A DNA stretch of 60,488 bases, counting the filler. It is 9 parts of 9 records of this genome, joined end to end, with 100 filler letters (N's around TTAATTAATTAA, not from the genome) between each part and the next. Parts side by side here need not be neighbours in the genome. Positions count along the whole stretch, not along the records: positions 42,191 to 47,914 come from SRR31147125_92705; positions 48,015 to 54,643 come from SRR31147125_92865; 7 more parts are not named here. The stretch is one strand, 5' to 3'. The notes under the pieces were generated by a model, which was not told the DNA's origin, made no database searches, and saw nothing but the letters and a program-made list of their open reading frames with translations. A program made the position numbers and the translations under genes. How positions within the stretch are numbered: the first letter of the stretch is position 1; the number at the start of each line of letters is the position of its first letter. Shown here piece after piece: positions 42,378 through 52,245 of this stretch.

Positions 42378-43492
42378 TGACAACGACATACAATGAGGAA
42401 CAGATGATTAAATTAGAAGATTACGGATTTTCTTCCGGGATGATCGAAAACGGAGAGAACGGCATCGCTGTTGAGGCCGATGAATTATACGGAAGAGTCA
42501 TAAAGGATTTCGGCCGGTCCTGGCTTGTTATCACAGAAAAGGGAGAGCGCTCGGCAGAGCTGCCGGGAAATCTTCTGAAGGCCGGTATAAGACCGGCCAT
42601 CGGAGACTGGCTTTCCTTAAGACAGGTCGATGATGAGAAAGCGATGGTAAAAACCATTCTGCCCCGGAAGAGCCGGATATCCCGGAACAAGGCGGGAGAG
42701 GAGACGGCGGAACAGATTATGGCGGCCAATATAGATACGGTCTTTATCGTCTTCAGTCTGGAAGGGGGACGTCAGTTCAGCCAGGGGGCCGTGGAGCGGT
42801 ACATCACCCTGGGCTGGAACTCCGGCGCCCTCCCCTGCCTTATCCTGAACAAGATAGACCTGGCTTCACCAGAGGATATCGTCTCTGCCATGAACCTGGC
42901 GGAGGAAGCGGCCCCGGGGGTGGATCTCATCATGACGAGCTGTGAAACCGGTGATGGGTTCAGCGAACTCAAGGAAAAACTGGGGCCCGGAAAAACCTGT
43001 GTGGTTATCGGCCCCTCGGGTGTCGGAAAATCCACCATAACCAATGTGCTGGCCGGCGAAGAGAGGATGAAGACCGGAGGAATCCGCGAAAAGGAGAAGA
43101 AAGGCAGTCACACGACCTCCCACAGGGAGCTTATTCGGCTTTCTGAGGGCGGATGCATGATCGACACCCCGGGACTGAGAGAACTGCAGCTGTGGGCCGA
43201 TGAGGAGGCACTGGGACAGACTTTCTCAGATATTGAGGAGTTCGCTGCCGATTGCCGCTTCCGGGACTGCAGTCACCAGGGCGAACCGGGCTGCGCTGTT
43301 CAGGAGGCTCTGGCCGACGGCTCCCTCTCCTACCGGCGTTATGAAAACTATCTGGATCTACAGAAAGAACTGGCCTTCCTTCAGCGGAAGACCGACTACA
43401 ATGCCCGGAAAGAAGAAACGGACAAGTGGAAGCAGATCCACAGCAGTATGAAGGATTTTTATAAAATGAACGGCGGGAAGCGAAGCCGTTGA
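42377..43492 (+). CDS. rsgA: Ribosome small subunit-dependent GTPase A
   Basis: AANID, LNKID, GPSGVGKST, HTT, DTPG, zinc finger CRFRDCSH..EPGCAV; ATG overlaps the RNHCP stop (TAATG). Confidence 0.95.
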   Translation: MTTTYNEEQMIKLEDYGFSSGMIENGENGIAVEADELYGRVIKDFGRSWLVITEKGERSAELPGNLLKAGIRPAIGDWLSLRQVDDEKAMVKTILPRKSRISRNKAGEETAEQIMAANIDTVFIVFSLEGGRQFSQGAVERYITLGWNSGALPCLILNKIDLASPEDIVSAMNLAEEAAPGVDLIMTSCETGDGFSELKEKLGPGKTCVVIGPSGVGKSTITNVLAGEERMKTGGIREKEKKGSHTTSHRELIRLSEGGCMIDTPGLRELQLWADEEALGQTFSDIEEFAADCRFRDCSHQGEPGCAVQEALADGSLSYRRYENYLDLQKELAFLQRKTDYNARKEETDKWKQIHSSMKDFYKMNGGKRSR

Positions 43493-43576
43493 ACTAAACC
43501 GGCCGTCGGGATTCTCCCGGGACCTTTATTAAGAGGCTCCCGGGGAGAACCTTCGGGTTCCCTCTTACCTCGACCT

Positions 43577-44953
43577 TCAGGAGAGGCCGGAAGCGCCCCG
43601 CTCATGGGGAAGAGTCCTCCGGGCCGGCCGGAAATAGGTCCGGGGGGAGTATTCATTCAGTTCCGAAACCCGGGTCATATAAATACAGGCGTACCGCTCC
43701 ACCTGCTCGGCGAATCGGCTCTCCTCCGATCCCGCCCGCAGGATCTCGCCCCAGTAGGGATTGAAAAAGGTATTGTACTTCCCGATATCCTCGGAGATCC
43801 GGCTGTTCAGCCCGTCCATCTTTTTATAGAGCCCGTCCAGAGCCTTTTGGTCGTATTCTTTTCCTTCGAAACGCAGGGTGGAGAGCCGGTTGATTTCAGT
43901 CTCCAGAACGGTCTTCTCCTCCATCAGCGCATCGATCTCCTCCTGGACCCCACGCGCCTTGAGAATCCCCTCTATCTCATGCTCCAGATCGCCCAGGACC
44001 AACGCGGTCCTCCAGTCACACTGTTTCTTGATCGAAACAACATCGCCGTAGATATGGTCGCCCAGATAGAGGATTTCACTTCCCGAAAGGCCCACGTCCG
44101 CCTGCAGCTTCCGTGATGATCCGCCCTGAAAAAGCCCCGAAGTAACCGGCCCCTCATGGTTGGACATCAGTCCGGTCTCCCTATCAATCGAAAGAAACCG
44201 GTTGTTCAATTCAAAGAATTTCGGTTTGTCCGCCAGGGTGATGACAATATCAAACACATCCTGCCAGGTATCATGGTTTCGCAAATAAGGGTTGATCGCA
44301 TAATCCAGGAGTGCCCGGGTGTAGGCGTAGTCAGAGTTGGTAATAATCATCAGTTTTTTACCATACTCCCGAAACCGTTCCAGCATGGCTGTGATCTCCG
44401 GATCCTGAATCACATAGTCTGAAAAACTTTTTCGAATGACACTTTTCAGAGAATCATCCTTATGAAGTTCATCAATAGCACTGACGATATCCTCATCCAG
44501 CTTGTAGTAGGCCGGCAGTACGGCGCCCTTCTTTTTCATCTCCACCAGTTGACCGAAGAGGATTCCGTTGGCAATGGCAAAGGAGGTATCAAGGCTCTTG
44601 AAGTCCGACTCCCTCACATCGATGGCCAAATTCTGGTAGATGCGGTTCTGCTCCTTGAAATCGACCCTTTCGGTCCCGAAGAAGGAGTTCTTCACCTTGT
44701 TGTATCGGTTGAGCTGCAGGATAAAACCGTTGCGTCTGTCGATCACCAGCCCCACAATGGCCCGCTCGAAATCAAATTCAAGCTCGAGGATCTCCCTGGG
44801 ATATCCCCGGGATACAACGAGCCGTTCCAGCGCCAGCCGGTAGGTGAGAGCTTCAAAGGCCCGGGGATCATACCGAACAAGGGTATAATCCATATCGAAG
44901 CCGATTAATTTGATTTTTTTCAGGTTCAGGGTTCTATTGACAAATACGGGCAT
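43577..44953 (-). CDS. HAD-IG family 5'-nucleotidase (cN-II type)
   Basis: GFDMDYTL, ITNSDY, KP.FF, LYLGDHIYGDV, ERYACIY. Confidence 0.92.
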   Translation of the reverse strand: MPVFVNRTLNLKKIKLIGFDMDYTLVRYDPRAFEALTYRLALERLVVSRGYPREILELEFDFERAIVGLVIDRRNGFILQLNRYNKVKNSFFGTERVDFKEQNRIYQNLAIDVRESDFKSLDTSFAIANGILFGQLVEMKKKGAVLPAYYKLDEDIVSAIDELHKDDSLKSVIRKSFSDYVIQDPEITAMLERFREYGKKLMIITNSDYAYTRALLDYAINPYLRNHDTWQDVFDIVITLADKPKFFELNNRFLSIDRETGLMSNHEGPVTSGLFQGGSSRKLQADVGLSGSEILYLGDHIYGDVVSIKKQCDWRTALVLGDLEHEIEGILKARGVQEEIDALMEEKTVLETEINRLSTLRFEGKEYDQKALDGLYKKMDGLNSRISEDIGKYNTFFNPYWGEILRAGSEESRFAEQVERYACIYMTRVSELNEYSPRTYFRPARRTLPHERGASGLS

Positions 44954-45064
44954 AATCCCATCCTTTTGAAACTGTTTTGCGAATGTATTTTACCATGCCC
45001 TACGTTCTTGATGAAGATATAAACTCCCTGAACACTTAAACGCATTCAGGGAATGCCTATTGCC

Positions 45065-46351
45065 CTATTTCTGTTTGGCCCGTTCCCGAAGAAAAGCGAT
45101 ATAAAATCCGGCACCTATGAAGAAAATAATCAGAACACTCAGGACCCCGTAGGGGCTGGCGGCCTTGTCCAGGGCCGACTGGGAGATCCCGGGATTTCTG
45201 TCGGCAATAATCCGGGCGGCCTGAATTCCTGCAAATCCGAAGAGCCAGGGCCCCATGATGGCGGAAAACTTTCCGAAAATTTCAAAGAAACCGAAGAATT
45301 CGTTGGACCTTTTCAGGTCCGGGATCATCTTGGCAAAAAGGGAACGGGAGAGGGCCTGAATACCTCCCTGACTTGTGGCAACCATGGCGGCTATCACCCA
45401 GAAATGCCAATTCTTTGTCACATTGAATCCCATGACGCAGATGCCCATATAAATGACAATTCCCACACCCAGCATACGGTGACCGCCGACTTTTTTGGCC
45501 AGGTTACCGTAGAGGATGGCAAAGGGAAAGGCCAGAATCTGGACCATAAGGAGGGCAAGCATCATCTGGGTGGCATCGATCTGAAGGGCCGATCCGTAGG
45601 CTGTGGACATATAGATGATCGTATTAACCCCGTCGATGTAGAAGAAGTAGGCGATCAGAAAGAGGAACATCAATTTGTTGGAGAAAATATCCTTCGCCGT
45701 TTTTCCTATCTGCCGAAAGCTGTCTCCCAGCATCCCCTTCTTTCGTTCTATATAGTGGGTCTGTTTGACATTTTTGAGCATGGGAATGGTGAAAACCGCC
45801 CACCAGATCCCGGTCAGACCGAAGGAAACGCCCATGGCAATATTGACGGGAACCAGCATATAGAGGACGAGGAAGATCACGAAGGGGATCGTCGAGCCTC
45901 CGATGTACCCCAGACCGAATCCCCAGGCCGAGACCTTGTCCATCCTGTCGTGGGTGGTAACTTCCGGGAGGAAGCCGTCATAAAAGATATTGGAACCGGC
46001 AAAACCGAAGTTCGAAAGGGCGTAGAGTCCCAGAATCAGCTGCCACTTCGGAGCAAAGGGCATCCCCGTCAGAGCCAGACAGGCCATGGAGCCGATGGCG
46101 ACAAAAAAGACGAACAGCCTTTTCTTCATATTCTTGAAATCACCCAAAGTCCCCAGGAGGGGGGCCAGGATGGCGACAAGGAATTTCGAGGCGGAGGTTA
46201 CCGATCCCCAGGTGGCCATGGCCCCGGTGTTGTTTTCGAACAGGGACATGAAAAAGATCGGCAGAACCGTGACAACGACAATGGAGTGGGCGGAATTGGC
46301 CCAGTCATACATCATCCAGCTTTTTTCTACTGTAGTAAATTTATCTCTCAT
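45065..46351 (-). CDS. MFS transporter (UMF1/Atg22-like)
   Basis: SWMMYDWANSA, DKVSAWGFGLGYIG, QGGIQALSRS. Confidence 0.9.
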   Translation of the reverse strand: MRDKFTTVEKSWMMYDWANSAHSIVVVTVLPIFFMSLFENNTGAMATWGSVTSASKFLVAILAPLLGTLGDFKNMKKRLFVFFVAIGSMACLALTGMPFAPKWQLILGLYALSNFGFAGSNIFYDGFLPEVTTHDRMDKVSAWGFGLGYIGGSTIPFVIFLVLYMLVPVNIAMGVSFGLTGIWWAVFTIPMLKNVKQTHYIERKKGMLGDSFRQIGKTAKDIFSNKLMFLFLIAYFFYIDGVNTIIYMSTAYGSALQIDATQMMLALLMVQILAFPFAILYGNLAKKVGGHRMLGVGIVIYMGICVMGFNVTKNWHFWVIAAMVATSQGGIQALSRSLFAKMIPDLKRSNEFFGFFEIFGKFSAIMGPWLFGFAGIQAARIIADRNPGISQSALDKAASPYGVLSVLIIFFIGAGFYIAFLRERAKQK

Positions 46352-46480
46352 TAAAATAGTATACAGGATGAAACCGATCGACTGGTTAAAAAAATATTAA
46401 AAACCCCGCAAACCGGGGATTATAAACAAGAGGGAATCCACTATACTGGAGTTCAAAACAGGAAAAAAGGAGGCCCGCTG

Positions 46481-47530
46481 ATGCCGAAAGAATCCACCCA
46501 CCTCTTCCTCTCCCATAAAATACTCCAGGCCCTTTCAGATCACTCAAGACCGTCTCTAAGACAGCTACCTGAGATCAGCGGAATCATAAACGCAGCTCCC
46601 AATCTCTTCTTCCTGGGCTCGGTTGCGCCGGATTCCATTTACAACTATGTCTCCGGTCCCGCAGGCGGCTTCTTCAAAAAGCATCTGGCCCACTCCCACG
46701 GGGGTGAAGAATCGGGACTCTTTGACTACCTTACCCGTTTCGGCGAACAGAACCTGCCGTTCACCCCTGCCCTCTCCTTCGGGCTTGGTATCCTGTCCCA
46801 TCTGACGGCGGATATGGTTTTTCACCCCCTGGTTTTCCATTTCTGCGGCTCCGACACAACGGGTGAGGTTTCGGAGGCGACGGTCCGACACTATTCCTTT
46901 GAATCCAGCCTCGACAGGCTCCTCCGCAGGCTTTATCCGGAACTGAAGAAAGAGCACCTTTCTGCGAAACTGAAAAGAAAGGAGCTCTCCGATCGGGATT
47001 TTGCCCGGGCCCAGGAGGCCCTCCACACCCCACCGAAGGCCCGGGGCCTTGTTCCGGAGAAAGAATACCTGTCCATGTACAGTCAGCACGCCCGTTTTGA
47101 GGGCTTCTATGGGAAATCCTTCTACAAATACCTGGCCCGGTTTATCAACCTCCTGACCCGCGGTGCCAAACCGGAGTTCCCGGCCCTCTTCTACGCCGAT
47201 GCACGCGATCCGGTGACCTCCGAAGAGAAGGAAGCGTTACTGAACCAACGGTCTTCCTATAAAAATCCTGCATCCGGTGCCATCCTCGAAAAATCGCTGA
47301 ACGAGATGTTCGATGATTACTCCCGCCTCTTCCTCGATTACCTTTCTGTACTCGAAACAGAGCTGAGCAAAGAAGACGGAAAATCCTGGGAGGCCGTTTA
47401 CCGGGCTATTCAAACCTGGACGCCAAGAAGTCCCAAAACAGGTCTCCCCGCCCCCCGGGATGGAAAGATGCACCACTTTGACTTTCGTAGACTCGAAGAG
47501 GTTATGGGGCTTGAGGGTCTGTTTGACTAA
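46481..47530 (+). CDS. Zinc-dependent phospholipase C family protein
   Basis: MP...TH, LGSVAPD, GILSHLTAD..FHP, RH..FE..LD; AGGAGG RBS. Confidence 0.8.
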   Translation: MPKESTHLFLSHKILQALSDHSRPSLRQLPEISGIINAAPNLFFLGSVAPDSIYNYVSGPAGGFFKKHLAHSHGGEESGLFDYLTRFGEQNLPFTPALSFGLGILSHLTADMVFHPLVFHFCGSDTTGEVSEATVRHYSFESSLDRLLRRLYPELKKEHLSAKLKRKELSDRDFARAQEALHTPPKARGLVPEKEYLSMYSQHARFEGFYGKSFYKYLARFINLLTRGAKPEFPALFYADARDPVTSEEKEALLNQRSSYKNPASGAILEKSLNEMFDDYSRLFLDYLSVLETELSKEDGKSWEAVYRAIQTWTPRSPKTGLPAPRDGKMHHFDFRRLEEVMGLEGLFD

Positions 47531-47544
47531 TTTCAAAAACCCTA

Positions 47545-47573
47545 TGGACAAGAATTTTTAACCAAGTTATAAT
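47545..47573 (+). promoter_or_regulatory. Sigma-70 promoter of tRNA-Gly
   Basis: TGGACA-17 nt-TATAAT. Confidence 0.7.
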
Positions 47574-47618
47574 TTAATTCGAATTAAGGAGCTGCTTTAA
47601 GGGTGGTTCTTTCTTCCC

Positions 47619-47689
47619 GCGAGCGTCGTATAATGGTAATACCCAAGCTTCCCAAGCTTGTGCCGAGGGTTCGATTCCCTTCGCTCGCT
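47619..47689 (+). tRNA. tRNA-Gly (CCC), CCA not encoded
   Basis: GCGAGCG/CGCTCGC acceptor stem, CAAGC-TTCCCAA-GCTTG anticodon arm, GGTTCGATTCC T-arm. Confidence 0.95.
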
Positions 47690-48014
47690 TATCCTGTTTC
47701 CGATGGCACCCGGAATCAGGATTTTTTTTGCACTATTAAAGGAAGGGGAAGTATCCCCTTAGCTTCAGCCAGGCTTTTCGACGGCCGTTCTCCGGTTCAC
47801 TGGCGCTTCACCGGAGTCATATCCAACAATTTTTCCATTCAAATTATTCACTTAGAACTTTTCCTCAATTTCAAAAATATGATATTTATTATATCACAAA
47901 CCGCTCAAACTCCANNNNNNNNNNNNNNNNNNNNNNNNNNNNNNNNNNNNNNNNNNNNTTAATTAATTAANNNNNNNNNNNNNNNNNNNNNNNNNNNNNN
48001 NNNNNNNNNNNNNN

Positions 48015-51000
48015 CCTCCTCCTCCTCCTCCTCCTCCTCCCCTTTCTCCCACGCGGAAACCCCACGTCGAGAGCACCACGAGAACCCGGCGTGTGCGTCT
48101 TGCCCGTCTGCGAAGGGCGTGGGCTGCGTGGCGCTCTCTTGTCGATGAGAGGAAACAGTGGTGGACGCTTCGGTGCGGACGGCAAGGACACGTGGAGGTC
48201 TTGTGTGTGAATCGCGTGTCTTTTTACAGGGTCGTAGCGGAGACGTATCGACGGCGTGTGCTTCTCGGTGTGAGTCTTCGTGTCTGGAAGACCTATGTTC
48301 TGTTCTCGCGAGCCAACTATCAGCAAGCCATTGTGGCACTTCATTGGCGTACGTTGGAAGGAGAGATCGCGTGGGATCACAGGGTGTGATGGGTCATTAT
48401 GCAAAGGAGCCGGATGTTTGTATCGTTTGGCGTGGAGATCGTGGCGTATGCGTTTCCACGCTCATATTCAGAAGAAACAAAAGAAGAAGGCGGCTGGTGC
48501 GCATGAAGACCAGATCTATGCCTTGATTCTTCTCATTCGGCGAACAGATACACAGCACCGTATAGTACTTGTCCGACGGTGTTTTGTACATTGGGCCGTG
48601 TGGATGGTTTGTGAATTCCCGTACTGGGGGTGGTATGCCAACTGATTGCGTCCATGGACACAGAGGAAACATACACAAACACGCGCACTTGTGTCCCATG
48701 TTACGCGTCATCACAACACTGTTGTTCTCAGGAATTACCTTCGCGAGTGGCATGCCTACACGTGAGTGTCCGTCTTTGTGGATCCACATTGACGGTGATT
48801 GTCTCTGTAGGTGTCAGATCGTACACCAGCGGAGTGCAGAAGTGCTGGCGGCGCAAAAGGTTCATCACACGCGACGACTCTCCGTTTGGCGTGTCTGGGC
48901 CCACCAACTCCAACGGCGACGGCACGAGCAGTTGGCATGGGGTATGTGTGCGTGTGATACACCACGATATGATATGGGTTGGCCTAGACACGTGGACTGG
49001 GGTCCTTCGACACGGATTCCTTCTCCGTACGTTTGCAGCATGGCGAGCAATCAGGTTGCGGGAACAAGTCGTGAAGATCGCGGCCAGACGCGTTGTTGCG
49101 CGTCAACAACACACAACACAAATGCATGCATTCCAGGAGTGGAGGAACGATATCCACGTACAGCATGCATTTTACTGCTGAATTGTGCTTCTTGACAATG
49201 TCTACCAGTGGCTGTGCGCTGTGCGAAGCGTCGGTTTGAAGCATCTACACTTTCTCTCGCCCGAATGATGCGCATGGTACGGGTAGACATGTGTGTGTGT
49301 GTGTGTGGATGTGATTTCAAGATTCCTACCGCAGCGTCGCGTCCTTCACTGTTGGCGAGGACTTATGACACGAGAACATACACTCGTGGAGCTTGCGTGT
49401 CTGTGTGAAGAGCGAAGACGTATCGGGGTGCGCTTTGATTCTTCCTTCCCGTTCGATGTTCGGATATCAATTCTGAATGGGAGAATGGAAGATCCTGCGA
49501 AGTGTTTGGGGCGCCTGGCAACGTATCGTCCTTGTGCAAGAGGATGAACGGTGTGCCGGTTTAGTGGGTCGTGCGATTGCGTGCTGGCGTCGGCAGCGAC
49601 TGCGAGCCTCGTGGCAGCATTGGAGACAATATATGACGCAACAGACCGTGAAGAAGGTTGACGTTTGACGATGGACTCCTCCCTTCCCCACACGCTCACA
49701 CCGCTACAGGGGATCGATTCCTATGCAAATGAGTATGCAGAAAAACGACGTTTGCAATGTTGCTTCTGTCTTTGGCGGAGGCTGTTCACAGTCAAACGTC
49801 ATCGTGGAGTGATTGAGGTGTATGCACAAGCCATGGGAGATTGTGCTCTACGACGTCGATTTCTAGACCGCTGGGCCCAACTTCCGTCAGCACGCCGTGT
49901 ACGGATGCTGGTGATCCTGCTTTGGGGAGGGGAGAGTGTAACGCCTTTCCTTCCACCACCAGGAGAATCGAATTCTTGCCCGGTCTGCCTTTTATGCGTG
50001 GCGGTGCTCAGTGACTGGCGAGGGACTTGACTGGATGCTTTGCGTGTGTCTATCTATGTTGGGATGTGGCGGGATTGCTGATTGTGACGGGGAACGAACA
50101 GGCCACAGCGGCGGAAACCGGTCGAAGGATGTTTCTGGGTCACTTCTGGGGGCGATGGCGGCACTATGTTCAGAAACGTGCCTGTGCAGAAATGCAGTGG
50201 CGTGAAGCTGTTCGATACTGCTATTATCGTCGTCTTAGACGTGTTCTGGGGGTGTGGAGTGATGTACGTCCTTGCTTGTTTGTTTGTTCGCTTGTGGCCT
50301 GACATTCGTGCAGGCCATAGCTCAGCGGAGGGAGGCCCTGGAACGATGGAGTGGAATGGCTGAGTTGTTTACCCGTGCAGATGGTCTTCGAGCCCTACGC
50401 AAATGGAAGGTGAGTTCACTCGTCTCCGAGTCTGGCTGTTAATCAAAGCTGTTGCACAGCAATTCACTGTCCGTCAACAAGAGAAGCGAGCGCGTCGAGC
50501 CCGTGCAGCCGTGTTCTGGCGAGCCTCACGCCTGTCATGGGCCTTGCATCGGTGGCGGGATGGTGTGGCAGAGTCCGTACGAGTACGAGGGGCCATGGCT
50601 CGTGCGGCGTGGCATTGGACCACCACGATTCGACGGAAGGTGCCAGGCACACGGCACACCGATGGTCCCCTGCTCACGCCGCACTTCCCATTTGTACAGT
50701 ATCTACTGGCTCTACGTGCCGGTTCCATGGCAAGAAAAGAGAAGAGAAAGGCCCTGGTGGCTCGTGCAGAAGAATGCCGACACATTCTCCAGCGTCGTAC
50801 GTTACACACGGATCCGAGACATCACACACCATTCTGACCCTTGAGGGAATCCCTCCGTGTCACCAGATCAGTTACGGCGTGTCTTAGCCGCCTGGTCCAA
50901 TTTCCGTGACACGCGCATCATCAAACGCATGACCCAGACAACTGTAGCTGCGCACTATCGACGTCACCTTCTTCGTTCAGTCTTGAGGGCATGGGCGGAA

Positions 51001-52207
51001 TGGATCCACGAAAAAGAACTCCGCCAAGTATGCGTGTGTGCGTTTGTGGAAGAGAGGGCCTGACACAACCGTCCCACCACTCAGATGACGTGGCGCGTTG
51101 CATGTGTTCATCATCAGCGCAGTACACTGAAGAAGACGTTGCTGGTATGGCGTCTCTGGTTCGAACGTCAACATGCGCGAACACTTCTACACCGAGTCGT
51201 GCGTGCATGTGCCACTGCGGTTATCGGTCAACGTTCTTGGGCGGCATGGGTCGAATATCACCAGCGACATCGTGCCAAAGCCCTTCGTTTTCGTGATGCC
51301 GTAGAGTATCGGCGAAACCAGTTGATTCGAAAGGGTGTGACGCTATGGATTCAGGTGAGAATGGTGCCGTGTACACCGCATTATGTTGAAACGTTCTTCC
51401 CTAGGCGGCCATGGATCTGCGGGCTCGACGAGCAGAGGCCGAGGCAAAACGACGTGCTGTTCAAGCAGAGAGATCATTCCGAGTGACAGAGCGGTGTGCA
51501 CGGCGTTGGAGAACGCGCGTTGCTGCTCTGCGTCAAGCACGAGAGGGACAAGGGGAGCACGATGCACCAGTACCGGACGTACCAGAGTTGGCCATATGTC
51601 GATTCGAGCAAGCTCTGGTCCCTCCTCGTCTGCTTGGATATGCCATTCCGAGTGTTGTGGAACTGGAGGCCGCGATGAATGGAGCGTCTCATCAAGAAGA
51701 AACACCATCACTGGTTGATACCATTCTGCCCCCGCCCCAGCCACGACCTGCTCCACGCAGATCGTCTTGGATACTAGAAGGGGCATCCCTGGTTTTACGA
51801 GACGGCGAAGGAGGGCCCGCGTCACATGAGAAGCAACACTCTTCCCCCGTCTCCGTTGAGGACGAAATGCAATCCATCGAACAAAGATTGCACACGCTTC
51901 ATAGAGAGCGGGAAGAACGTAGAATGGAACGACAGGAATATGAACAGCTTTGTACCCGTGCAAGGGCGTTTGAGGAGGAGGCTAGGCGTGGAGGCGACCC
52001 CCAAACCCAAGAAGCCAGTCGCACCCATCACGCCTTACGTTTGCGCATTCTGGAACTGGAGGCTCGTGAGGAAACGTGTGTGGTTTGTTGAGTTTTCTGT
52101 GAAGAATAACGAAAGACGACAGGCGAATGTGTGTTCAAGAGGCGAAACTCCTTGAGGTACGACAATTGGCCAAACGAATCGAGGTACTGCGCAGTGGACA
52201 AGGATGA
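48015..52207 (+). CDS. SFI1: Eukaryotic multi-exon SFI1-like centrin-binding repeat protein (5' truncated)
   Basis: More than 15 repeats of L..(W/F)..W (LRRAWAAW, LLRTFAAW, LRASWQHW, LLRSVLRAWAEW); GT-AG introns e.g. 48173-48229 and 52076-52122; C-terminal coiled coil; inferred stop 52205-52207. Confidence 0.8.
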
Positions 52208-52245
52208 TATTGACAAGAAGATCCAATACAACACACACAACGGAA

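Noticed and set aside
45053-46354. 433-aa plus-strand ORF
   Set aside because: It is the antisense shadow of the well-supported MFS gene and has no recognisable motifs.
47603-47962. 119-aa ORF
   Set aside because: It overlaps tRNA-Gly and runs into the linker.
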